43,751 nt of DNA from an uncultured Alphaproteobacteria bacterium. Its GTDB lineage: Bacteria > Pseudomonadota > Alphaproteobacteria > CAZMTC01. The stretch lies in the NCBI GenBank assembly GCA_964569105.1, contig CAZMTC010000003.1:1-43751 (forward strand), given 5' to 3'. A program made the position numbers and the translations under genes. The notes under the pieces are model-generated. The model saw only the letters and a program-made list of their open reading frames with translations. It was not told where the DNA came from and made no database searches. Shown here one piece after another: positions 22,094 through 31,552 of the stretch. Within the stretch, counting starts at the first letter, position 1. The number at the start of each line of letters is the position of its first letter.

Positions 22094-22687
22094 TCAGTCG
22101 CTCAGCGCGTCCTCGACGAAGGCGAGGCGGTCCTGGCCGAAAAACAGCCGCTCGCCGACGAAGAAACTGGGGCACCCGAACACGCCGCGCTCGACCGCCT
22201 GCTCGGTATTGGCGATCAGCGCCTGCTTGACCGTGTCCTCCTGCACCCGCTCGAGGACGCGGTCGGCGTCGAGCCCGCCTTCGGCCAGCACCTCGCGGAT
22301 CACCTCGGGCGACGCCATGTCCTTGCCATCGACCCAGATGGCCGGGAACACGGCCTTGAGGTAGTCGTCGAGCGTGCCGTCCTCCCGGCATGCCACCGCG
22401 CCGCGCATCAGCGGCAAGGTGTTGATCGGGAAGTGAGGGTTCATCTCGAACGGCACCTTGTACTTCTTCGCCCACAGGCGCAGGTCGTCGAGCATCCAGC
22501 GGCCCTTGGCCTTGACGGTGACGGGGCTCGCATTCCCGGTGGCCTTGAAGATGCCGCCCAGCAGCACCGGCGTGTAGGTCACGGCGGCGTCGCTGCGCTT
22601 GGCGATCTTGGGCAGCTGCGTCCACGCCAGGTAGCTGGTCGGGCTCCCGACGTCGAAGACGAACTCCACGGTCTTGGTCGTAGCCAC
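22094..22687 (-). CDS. 2-hydroxychromene-2-carboxylate isomerase family protein (DsbA-like thioredoxin fold)
   Basis: 197 aa. VEFVFDVGSPTSYLAW.. and ERGVFGCPSFFVGERLFFGQDRL are characteristic of the HCCA isomerase / DsbA-like family. Confidence 0.7.
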   Translation of the reverse strand: MATTKTVEFVFDVGSPTSYLAWTQLPKIAKRSDAAVTYTPVLLGGIFKATGNASPVTVKAKGRWMLDDLRLWAKKYKVPFEMNPHFPINTLPLMRGAVACREDGTLDDYLKAVFPAIWVDGKDMASPEVIREVLAEGGLDADRVLERVQEDTVKQALIANTEQAVERGVFGCPSFFVGERLFFGQDRLAFVEDALSD

Positions 22688-22705
22688 CCCTTCACCCTCC
22701 CGCTG

Positions 22706-23440
22706 TCACCAGGGTTCCACCCACGGGCGCAAATCCAGCTCGTGGGTCCATGCGCTGCGCCCCTGATTGTGGAGCATCCAATACGATTCGGCGATATCGT
22801 CGGGCAGCAGCACGCCGTCGGCGGGACGCTCCTCGAACAGCTTGGGAAAGGTCTCGCGCGTGAAGGCGGTGTCGATGGGACCGTCGACGACCACGTGGGC
22901 GACGTGGATGTTGGACGGCATCAGCTCGCGCGCCATCGACTGGGCCAGGGCGCGCTTGGCGTGCATGCCGCCGGCGAAGGCGGCGAAGCCCGCGCCGCCG
23001 CGCACGGCGGCCGTGGCGCCGGTGAACAGGATCGTGCCCCGCTCGCGCGGCAGCATCGCCCGCGCGGCCTCGCGCCCGACCAGGAACGCCGACAGCGCGG
23101 CGAGCTCCCACACCTTGGTGTAGACCCGCGTCGTGGTCTCCAGGATCGGGAACTTCACGTTGGCGCCGATGTTGTGCACCGCCACCTCGACCGGTCCCAG
23201 CTCGGCCTCGGCCCAGGCGAACAGCTCGCCGACCTGTTCCTCGCGGCGCGCGTCGACGCCCCTGGGATGGACCTCGCCACCCGCCTCCTCGATCGCCTTC
23301 ACCAGCGGCGCCAGCTTGTCGCCGTTGCGCCGCGCGATCACGGTGGCATAACCCTCGCGCGCGAAGCGCCGGGCGATGGCGCTGCCGAGCGCGTCACCCG
23401 CACCGACGACGACGCAGACCTTCGCCCCCGCCATCCGCAC
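22706..23440 (-). CDS. Short-chain dehydrogenase/reductase family protein (atypical)
   Basis: 244 aa with the Rossmann motif VVVGAGDALGSAIARRFA. Where YxxxK is expected the sequence reads FAGGMHAKRAL, so I cannot find the canonical catalytic Tyr by eye. Confidence 0.65.
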   Translation of the reverse strand: MRMAGAKVCVVVGAGDALGSAIARRFAREGYATVIARRNGDKLAPLVKAIEEAGGEVHPRGVDARREEQVGELFAWAEAELGPVEVAVHNIGANVKFPILETTTRVYTKVWELAALSAFLVGREAARAMLPRERGTILFTGATAAVRGGAGFAAFAGGMHAKRALAQSMARELMPSNIHVAHVVVDGPIDTAFTRETFPKLFEERPADGVLLPDDIAESYWMLHNQGRSAWTHELDLRPWVEPW

Positions 23441-23459
23441 CTCCTCCCCGGCTCGCGCC

Positions 23460-25739
23460 TCAGCCCTCGGGCCGCAGCGTCATGGTGCGCGTGAAGGCCT
23501 CGCGCACCTTGTCCTCGCTCAGCGGCACCTGGACGTACGCCCCGGTCCGCCACAGCGGCACCTGGTCGATGAAGGCGCCGGAGTTGATCCAGCCGTCCTG
23601 GCCGCCCAGGAGCACGAACCAGTTGGCGTCGGGATCGCCCAGGTCGGTCAGGAACCGCGCCTGCGAGCCGTAGGTCGCCTCGTGGCGCCCGTCGACGCGG
23701 TTGTGCGCGGTCTTCATCAGCGTGTCGGTCGACCCGCCGACCGGGTAGTCGCCGAACCGGTACTTGTCGCCGATCACGGGAGCGTTCGACAGCGGGTGCT
23801 TGAGCGCCAGGCGGTGCATCTCGCCCCAGGTTCGATCCCCACGCCAATCCTTTGCCGCCGCGGCCAGCGCCGCCTGCAGATCGGCCGCGAGGGCTTGGGG
23901 GTCGTCGCCCGCCATGTCCTCGACAAGCAGCGACTTCACCCGCGCGGCGCCCGAGAACGCCATGGCGTCGTCGCCGAACTTGCGCCGGTAGAAATCCGGC
24001 ACGAAGGCGTGCAGCAGAAGCTCGTAGGCCACGGCGCCGCGCGAATCCTCGGCGTAGTGACCGTCCCACCCGCGCACGAGGCCGAGCAGGCCGGCCTGCG
24101 CCTCGGTCTCCGGCACGATGCCGAGCGCCGCAACGTGGCCGAGGAGCGCGTCGCGCAGCTCGACGGCCGATGGCATGTAAACGTCGCGCTGCAGCGCCGC
24201 CAGATCCTCGAGCGTGACCTGCTCGGCGTCGGACAGAACCTGCGCCATGCGCCGCACCCGGTCGTCCGGGGAGAAGAAGTATCCGATCGGCACCTCGGCG
24301 TCGGCCGGCCGGTTGTTGGCCGAGGTGAGGAAGCCGTCCTCGGGGTTGTAGGTGGCCGGAAGGTCGGTGGCGTCGAGCACGCCGTTCCACCGGTTCTCCG
24401 GCTTGCGCGGGTCGAGGATCAGCTCGCTCGGCACGGGCCCGTTGCCGCGCTCGGGGATCTGGACCGCCATCACCTGGCCGATGTTCCCCTCGGCGTCGGC
24501 GTAGAGCATGTTCTGCGCCGAGACCGCGAAGCTGTCGAAGGCCTTGCGGAATTCGGCGAAGTTGGTCGCCCGGTTGGCCTCGAGCATCGCCGTGACCTCG
24601 TCGGTCGGCCGGTGGCCCATCCACTGCAGGGCGAAGGGCTTCGGGTCGTCGAGAGGCAGCACCGGCGCATCGGACAGCACCGGGCCGTACTCGGTCTCGC
24701 GCACCGTGATCTCGCGGTCGAACCACCAGCGCACCGCGATCGTCTCGGTGCGCGTCTCGAACGCGTCCTCCTCCATCCATGAAACGTCATAGATGTCGGA
24801 CGACGCCGCGCGCATGTTGGTGCCCGACCAGGCGATCTGCGGGTTGCGGCCCACCGCCACGAAGGGCAGGCCGGGGATCATGAATCCGACCGCGTGATAG
24901 CTGGGCGACTTCACCCCGGCGATCAGCCACAGGTTCGGCACGGTGATGCCCAGATGCGGGTCGGACGCCATCAACGCCGAGCCCGTCGCGCTCTTGCCAG
25001 CCGCCACGGCCAGCGCGTTGGAGCCCGAGCGCGAGGCACCGCCGAGCAGCGCGTCGAGCGCCGGCAGCTCGCCGCCGTCCTCGAAGCTCAGGAACGAGGC
25101 GGAGCCGTTCTCCACCAGGCGCGCCCAGATCTGCGGCCAGTCCTCGCGGTCGCGCAGTTGGAGCAGACGGAACCACACCAGCCAGTTGACGTCGGTCGCC
25201 GCCAGCCGGCCGACGGTTATCAGATCGCGGACCGTCCACGGTTCGGGCTCGATGCCAAGGACGGTGAATTCGTGCGGCAGCTCGTCGGCGTCGAGATTGG
25301 CCTGGTAGTGATTGACGCCTTCGACGAAGGCGTCGAGCCACGCCCGCGTCTCGGGCGGCATCGCCGCGATCGTCTCGTCGGCGGAGCGTCCGTAGTTGAG
25401 GATGCGCAGCGAGTGGTCGATGTCGGTCGCGACCGGGCCGGCCATCTCCGCGATGCGGCCCTGCGAGATGCGGCGCAGCAACTCCATCTGAGCCAGGCGC
25501 AGATGGGCGTGGACCACCCCCAGCGCGACCGCCAGGTCGCGGTCGGTCTCGGCCTCGACGAAGGGGATCATGCGATCATCCCAGCGCACCGTGACGGCCC
25601 GCTCGAGCGGCAGCCCCTCGGTCGGGAAAGCGGCGAGGCGCTGGTCGACCGTGCTGGGCGGCGGCAGCGACGCGAACAGCGAGCAGCCGGACAAGGCCAG
25701 CATCAGCGGCAGCGCGACGAGACGGGCGGCGAGGCGCAT
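23460..25739 (-). CDS. Penicillin/AHL-acylase family Ntn-hydrolase, predicted lipoprotein
   Basis: I trimmed ORF 23460..25835 to ATG 25739, which gives MRLAARLVALPLMLALSGC (lipobox LSGC). The autoprocessing/nucleophile region is GSNALAVAAGKSATGSALMASDPHLG. The overall ~760 aa fits the family. Confidence 0.8.
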   Translation of the reverse strand: MRLAARLVALPLMLALSGCSLFASLPPPSTVDQRLAAFPTEGLPLERAVTVRWDDRMIPFVEAETDRDLAVALGVVHAHLRLAQMELLRRISQGRIAEMAGPVATDIDHSLRILNYGRSADETIAAMPPETRAWLDAFVEGVNHYQANLDADELPHEFTVLGIEPEPWTVRDLITVGRLAATDVNWLVWFRLLQLRDREDWPQIWARLVENGSASFLSFEDGGELPALDALLGGASRSGSNALAVAAGKSATGSALMASDPHLGITVPNLWLIAGVKSPSYHAVGFMIPGLPFVAVGRNPQIAWSGTNMRAASSDIYDVSWMEEDAFETRTETIAVRWWFDREITVRETEYGPVLSDAPVLPLDDPKPFALQWMGHRPTDEVTAMLEANRATNFAEFRKAFDSFAVSAQNMLYADAEGNIGQVMAVQIPERGNGPVPSELILDPRKPENRWNGVLDATDLPATYNPEDGFLTSANNRPADAEVPIGYFFSPDDRVRRMAQVLSDAEQVTLEDLAALQRDVYMPSAVELRDALLGHVAALGIVPETEAQAGLLGLVRGWDGHYAEDSRGAVAYELLLHAFVPDFYRRKFGDDAMAFSGAARVKSLLVEDMAGDDPQALAADLQAALAAAAKDWRGDRTWGEMHRLALKHPLSNAPVIGDKYRFGDYPVGGSTDTLMKTAHNRVDGRHEATYGSQARFLTDLGDPDANWFVLLGGQDGWINSGAFIDQVPLWRTGAYVQVPLSEDKVREAFTRTMTLRPEG

Positions 25740-25842
25740 GGGCTCGGTCCCCTGGCCGGTTTGCGGGAGTCGGGGCGCGAAGGTTCCGCGCGCGGACCGG
25801 TCCTCGACAGTGCGTCGAAAATGGGTCCCCGCCATCGGCGGA

Positions 25843-26727
25843 TCAACTGTCCTGGGCGAGCTGCGCGCGGAAGAAGGCCACGTTCACGGCGAGGCCCGGA
25901 ATCAGCCAGATGAACAGCTTGCTGACCGCCAGTATCTCCTCGGCCGAGGCGTCGGCCTCGGCCGCCGCCTTGAGGTCGGCCGAGGTCAGGCCCGCCGGGT
26001 TGGGCAGGGTCTGCGCCAACTCGACCGCGCGGTCGTGAAAGGCCTGGCACGCGGCCTCGTGCGCGTCGGTGGCGACGACCGGCTTGAGGTCGTTCCAGGC
26101 GGCGGCGAAGTAGCTGGGCCAGCGTGCCAGCATGCGATAGTCGGAGTTGACGAAGGGCAGCCCCAACGTGCCCATGATGTCGTCATAGAGCGCCTGCAAA
26201 TCGGCCAGGCCGTGGTGCCGCTCGACCATCACGAAGGGGACCGAGACGTCGGGCGCGTGGCGGTCCTCGAACGGCTCGGGCTTATCGCGGTCGTCGCTCA
26301 TCTCGCCGCCCTCGAGCAGCAGCCGCGCGGCGATGCACATCGGGAAGTAGACGTTGTTGCCGTGCGAGAACACCTCGATCGCCTCGCGGATCGCGTCGAG
26401 TTCGCGCGGCGCGTAGCCCATTCGGGCCAGCCGTTCGGCGATGGGCGACGGGGACAGCTCGGCCGCGCCGTCCTCCGCGATCGAGCGCAGCTCGCGCGCC
26501 GCCTCGACATAGGGGACCGAAGCGCAGGTCTCCCGCCAGCCGGCCCACAGCGTGTCGAAGAAGGTGGGGTAATGGGCGTAGGCCATCGTGACCACGCCCA
26601 TCCACGGCACCTGGAGCACGCTCTTCATGTCCTCGTAGCGCCGCTTCGTCTCGCCTTCCGCCTTGTACTCGGGCAGGGGATGGATGGCGGGGATCGGATC
26701 GGGCTTTTCGCGATTGAGCAGGTACAT
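25843..26727 (-). CDS. DehI-family protein (group I alpha-haloacid dehalogenase fold)
   Basis: 294 aa with a GGAGGG RBS. By eye it parallels P. putida PP3 DehI as I remember it: YEDMKSVLQVPWMG vs YEDIRLTLRVPWV, FSHGNNVYFPM vs FNYGNPKYLLL, SDYRMLARWPSYF vs SDFQALANWPKVL. The two-repeat architecture also fits. Confidence 0.55.
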   Translation of the reverse strand: MYLLNREKPDPIPAIHPLPEYKAEGETKRRYEDMKSVLQVPWMGVVTMAYAHYPTFFDTLWAGWRETCASVPYVEAARELRSIAEDGAAELSPSPIAERLARMGYAPRELDAIREAIEVFSHGNNVYFPMCIAARLLLEGGEMSDDRDKPEPFEDRHAPDVSVPFVMVERHHGLADLQALYDDIMGTLGLPFVNSDYRMLARWPSYFAAAWNDLKPVVATDAHEAACQAFHDRAVELAQTLPNPAGLTSADLKAAAEADASAEEILAVSKLFIWLIPGLAVNVAFFRAQLAQDS

Positions 26728-26828
26728 GGTCCCTCCAATGGTGGCATGCGTGTTTTAGCACGGTACGGACGCGGACGATCACGCAATATAATTCATACCT
26801 GAGGCCGATTGCCGCCGATCGCGAGAAT

Positions 26829-26842
26829 TTGATCCAGATCAA
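26829..26842. promoter_or_regulatory. Perfect palindrome TTGATC-CA-GATCAA in the dehI-like/boxB divergent region
   Basis: Read directly; 6-bp arms with a 2-nt spacer. Confidence 0.4.
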
Positions 26843-26844
26843 TG

Positions 26845-26858
26845 TGCAATATTCTGCA
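26845..26858. promoter_or_regulatory. TGCA-N6-TGCA motif (TGCAATATTCTGCA), candidate BoxR/BzdR-type operator
   Basis: Read directly, 77 nt upstream of the boxB ATG. TGCA direct repeats inside palindromes are the reported BzdR/BoxR operator signature in Azoarcus. Confidence 0.4.
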
Positions 26859-26934
26859 TATCTCGATGCTGCCGAACCGACGGGCCCGCGGTCGGCGCGG
26901 CCCGCCCATGGGAGGATCCAGGGAGCAGCACCGC

Positions 26935-28377
<1,443 letters not shown>

Positions 28378-28450
28378 GCGCCGCAGACAGGTCCGCCCCT
28401 TCCCGCCCGCCGGCGGCGAGGGGCGTCTCCCTGCCAAGACGGAGGACCCC

Positions 28451-29680
28451 ATGGACGGCGGCACGGCCGGCGCCGAGGTGCGGCGCCAGCACCTGATCGA
28501 CCCGGAGATCTGCATCCGCTGCGGCACCTGCGAGGAGGTGTGTCCGGAGGACGCGATCAGCCACGACGCGGTCAACTACTTCATCGACTTCGAGATCTGC
28601 ACCATGCGCGGCGACTGCCTGCCGCCGTGCCCGACCGGCGCGATCGACAGCTACCGGAAGGTGACCACGCCCTGGACCGTCGAGCAGCAGCTCGCCTTCG
28701 AGGAGCTGCCGCCCGACGCCGAGCCCGAGCTGCCACCGGCCGGCCCGACCCCGGGCGAGGTCGAGGAACTGCAGACGGTAGCCGCCAGCGCGGCCGGCGG
28801 TCCCCTGGTCCCGCCCTGGTCGGCGGCGCACCCCTACGTCAACCTCTACGCGCCCGAGGCGCCGGCCACCGCGGTGGTCCAGGGCAACATGCGGCTCACC
28901 GCCGACGGCGCGTCGTCGGACATCCACCACATCGTGCTCGACATGGGCACCCGCGCGTTCCCGGTGCTCGAGGGCCAGTCGATCGGCATCGTCCCGCCGG
29001 GGACCGGGCCGAACGGCAAGCCGCATCACCTGCGGCTCTACTCGGTCGCCTCGCCGCGCGAGGGGGAGCGGACGGGCTACAACAACATCGCCCTGTGCGT
29101 GAAGCGGGTGACCGAGGACGAGAACGGCAACCCTGTGACGGGCGTCGCCTCGAACTACCTGTGCGACCTCGAGAAGGGCGACGAGGTGCGGGTCTGCGGC
29201 CCCTACGGCACCAGCTTCCTGATGCCCAACCATCCGGGCGCCAACATCGTCATGATCTGCACCGGCACCGGCTCGGCGCCGATGCGCGCCATGACCGAGC
29301 GGCGGCGGCGCAAATTCGCCAAAGGCACCCACGGCGGCGGCGCGCTGAAGCTCTATTTCGGCGCCCGCACCGCGGCCGAGCTGCCCTATCTGGGGCCGCT
29401 GCGCAAGCTGCCCAAGGAGTTGATCGACGTGCGGCTGGCCTTCTCGCGCGAGCCGGGCCGGGACAAGCGCTACGTCCAGGACGAGCTGCGCGCCGATGCC
29501 GAGGTACTGGCCGAGCTGCTGCGCAACGAGGACAGCTATCTCTATATCTGCGGCCACAAGCGCATGGAGGCCGGCGTCGAGGCGGCACTTGCGGAGATCT
29601 GCGCCGACCACGGCATGGACTGGGCCGAACTCAAGCCGCGGCTGCGCCAGTACGGGCGCTACCACGTGGAGACCTATTGA
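28451..29680 (+). CDS. boxA: Benzoyl-CoA 2,3-epoxidase, reductase subunit BoxA (2x ferredoxin motif + FNR-like FAD/NADPH module)
   Basis: 409 aa with a [32 protein letters not shown] is the BoxA-type N-terminus. The FNR module is shown by [21 protein letters not shown] and [10 protein letters not shown]. Confidence 0.9.
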   Translation: MDGGTAGAEVRRQHLIDPEICIRCGTCEEVCPEDAISHDAVNYFIDFEICTMRGDCLPPCPTGAIDSYRKVTTPWTVEQQLAFEELPPDAEPELPPAGPTPGEVEELQTVAASAAGGPLVPPWSAAHPYVNLYAPEAPATAVVQGNMRLTADGASSDIHHIVLDMGTRAFPVLEGQSIGIVPPGTGPNGKPHHLRLYSVASPREGERTGYNNIALCVKRVTEDENGNPVTGVASNYLCDLEKGDEVRVCGPYGTSFLMPNHPGANIVMICTGTGSAPMRAMTERRRRKFAKGTHGGGALKLYFGARTAAELPYLGPLRKLPKELIDVRLAFSREPGRDKRYVQDELRADAEVLAELLRNEDSYLYICGHKRMEAGVEAALAEICADHGMDWAELKPRLRQYGRYHVETY

Positions 29681-29760
29681 TGCGGGCCCAGGTTGCTTAG
29701 GTGGCCCTGGCGGAGCGCCTCGGTTCGCGGCCCACATGTCGGGAATCGCCGATGGGCGGA

Positions 29761-29788
29761 TTGAAATATTAGGCATTGCTAATATATA
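29761..29788 (+). promoter_or_regulatory. Sigma70-like promoter TTGAAA-N16-TATATA with an embedded 7-bp inverted repeat ATATTAG-N6-CTAATAT (29766-29785)
   Basis: Read directly. This is the most AT-rich stretch of the window, ~75 nt upstream of the MBL/PDO-like gene. Confidence 0.45.
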
Positions 29789-29863
29789 AAATGCACCGAT
29801 CCGGGCGGCGCCGCGGGTATCCTCGGCGGGTCCGCGCGGGACCGATGCAAGGGGAGCGATGCC

Positions 29864-30748
29864 ATGCCCGACACCACCGCCATCGTGAAGCCGACGGTCA
29901 CGACCTTCTTCCACGAGCCGACCAACACGGCGTGCCACGTCGTCCGCGACCCGGAGAGCAACGCCTGCGCCATCGTCGACTCGGTGCTCGACTACGACCC
30001 CAAAGCAGGGCGGACCTCGACCGACCATGCCGACCGGGTGATCGCCCATGTCCAGCGCGAGGGGCTGGCGGTCGAGTGGCTGCTCGAGACCCATGCTCAT
30101 GCCGATCACCTGAGTGCCGCGCCCTACCTCGAGGAGAAGCTGGGGGGCCGCATCGCGATCGGCGAGCACATCACGACGGTGCAGGACACCTTCAAGACGG
30201 TGTTCAACGCCGAAGTGGAGTTCCGCACCGACGGCTCGCAATTCGAGCGCCTGTTCAAGGACGGCGACAGCTTCGCGATCGGCGCGCTCGACGGCCGGGT
30301 GATCCACACGCCGGGCCACACCCCGGCCTGCGTGACCTATTTGATCGGCGACGCCGCGTTCGTCGGCGACACGCTGTTCATGCCCGACTACGGCACGGCG
30401 CGCTGCGACTTCCCCGGCGGCGACGCGGCCACGCTCTACGATTCGATCCAGAAGCTGTTCGCGCTGCCCGGCGAGACGCGCATCTTCCTGTGCCACGACT
30501 ACAAGACCGAGGGCCGCGACGAATATGTTTGGGAGACCACGGTGGCGGCCGAGCGCGACGGCAACAAGCATGTCGGCGGCGGCGCGTCCAAGGACGAGTT
30601 CGTCGAGTGGCGGCGCGAGCGCGACGCCACGCTGGAGATGCCGGTGCTGATCCTGCCCTCGGTCCAGATCAACATGCGCGCCGGACACTTCCCGCCGCCC
30701 GAGGACAACGGCGTGAGCTACCTCAAGATCCCGCTCGACGTGCTATAG
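29864..30748 (+). CDS. MBL-fold persulfide dioxygenase-like protein (Blh/ETHE1 superfamily)
   Basis: 294 aa with the metal motif ETHAHADHL, then HTPGHTP and FMPDYGTARCDFPGGDA..CHDY, which I recognise from proteobacterial long-form PDO/Blh proteins. Confidence 0.7.
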   Translation: MPDTTAIVKPTVTTFFHEPTNTACHVVRDPESNACAIVDSVLDYDPKAGRTSTDHADRVIAHVQREGLAVEWLLETHAHADHLSAAPYLEEKLGGRIAIGEHITTVQDTFKTVFNAEVEFRTDGSQFERLFKDGDSFAIGALDGRVIHTPGHTPACVTYLIGDAAFVGDTLFMPDYGTARCDFPGGDAATLYDSIQKLFALPGETRIFLCHDYKTEGRDEYVWETTVAAERDGNKHVGGGASKDEFVEWRRERDATLEMPVLILPSVQINMRAGHFPPPEDNGVSYLKIPLDVL

Positions 30749-30818
30749 GAGTATTCCTGTGTCGCGGACCGGTGCCGCACCACCGAATCAGCCAATCCCG
30801 TTCCCGAAGGAGCAACCG

Positions 30819-31244
30819 ATGACCATCGCCAAGGTCAGCGACGAGCTTTCGATCGCGCCGCAGATCGACCCCGAGGAGATCCCCGCGCTCTACGAGCAGG
30901 GCTTCCGCAGCATCGTCAGCGCCCGCCCCGACGACGAGGAGGCGGGCCAGCCCGACGCCGCCGAGATGCGCCGCGCCGCCGAGGCGGCGGGCATGGAGTA
31001 CGCCCATATCCCGGTGAAGCCGGGACAGATCGGCGACGAGGACGTGGCCAAGTTCGCCGCGGCGTTCGACAAGCTGCCCAAGCCGGTGCTGGGCTTCTGC
31101 AAGTCGGGCAACCGCGCGGCGAGCCTGTGGGCGCTGGCCCATGCCGGCGAGCTGCCCGCCGACGAGCTGATCTCCCGCGCCTCGGGCGCGGGGTGCGACC
31201 TGTCCGGGCTCAAGGACCGGCTGGAGGCTGCGGCGAAGGCATAG
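30819..31244 (+). CDS. DUF442 / TIGR01244-type sulfurtransferase-phosphatase-like domain protein
   Basis: I trimmed ORF 30759..31244 to ATG 30819, which has an AAGGAG RBS. VSDELSIAPQI..GFRSIVSARPDDE..YAHIPV..FCKSGNRA is the pattern of the domain that is fused to the MBL domain in Blh proteins. Confidence 0.7.
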   Translation: MTIAKVSDELSIAPQIDPEEIPALYEQGFRSIVSARPDDEEAGQPDAAEMRRAAEAAGMEYAHIPVKPGQIGDEDVAKFAAAFDKLPKPVLGFCKSGNRAASLWALAHAGELPADELISRASGAGCDLSGLKDRLEAAAKA

Positions 31245-31305
31245 GCGGGGCCGCGGGGGCCTACCCTCCGGGCCGGGCCGGTTTTTCCCCCTCCCACTCT
31301 CGATA

Positions 31306-31456
31306 GTCATCCCGGGACTTGTTCCCGGGATCCATTGACTTGTCGAGCGGCGGGCCGCCCGCGGATCGGTATCGGTGGAACCGACAGTACGTGCCCGGAT
31401 CGTTGGCGCCTGGCCGCGAGGCCAATGGGCCCCGGGAACAAGTCCCGGGGCGACAG
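31306..31456. repeat. MITE-like element: ~33-nt imperfect terminal inverted repeats (31306-31338, 31424-31456), each containing the hairpin CCCGGGA-N5-TCCCGGG
   Basis: GTCATCCCGGGACTTGTTCCCGGGATCCATTGA matches the reverse complement of the right end (GTCGCCCCGGGACTTGTTCCCGGGGCCCATTGG) with 4-5 mismatches. It is non-coding and lies between the DUF442 and SDR genes. Confidence 0.6.
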
Positions 31457-31552
31457 TCTTGGAAAGGTTGGCGCGGAGCCTGCCCGCCCCCATCGCCTTT
31501 TGGCGGCGGAGCCCCTACCCTGCCGTAAACCGGCAACAGGGAGGGGATCGTC

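Noticed and set aside
20097-22364. 755-aa plus-strand ORF
   Set aside because: It is antisense to the FadD-like ligase and the isomerase gene and shows the same shadow-ORF signature.
29681-29725. Terminator hairpin after boxA (GGGCCCA..TGGCCC)
   Set aside because: The stem is only 5-6 bp with a mismatch, the loop is long and no T-tract follows. That is not enough to call.
31245-31290. Rho-independent terminator after the DUF442 gene, suggested by the run GGTTTTT at ~31279-31285
   Set aside because: I could not find a convincing inverted repeat preceding the T-run. The GC-rich stretch CCGGGCCGGGCCGG does not self-pair.
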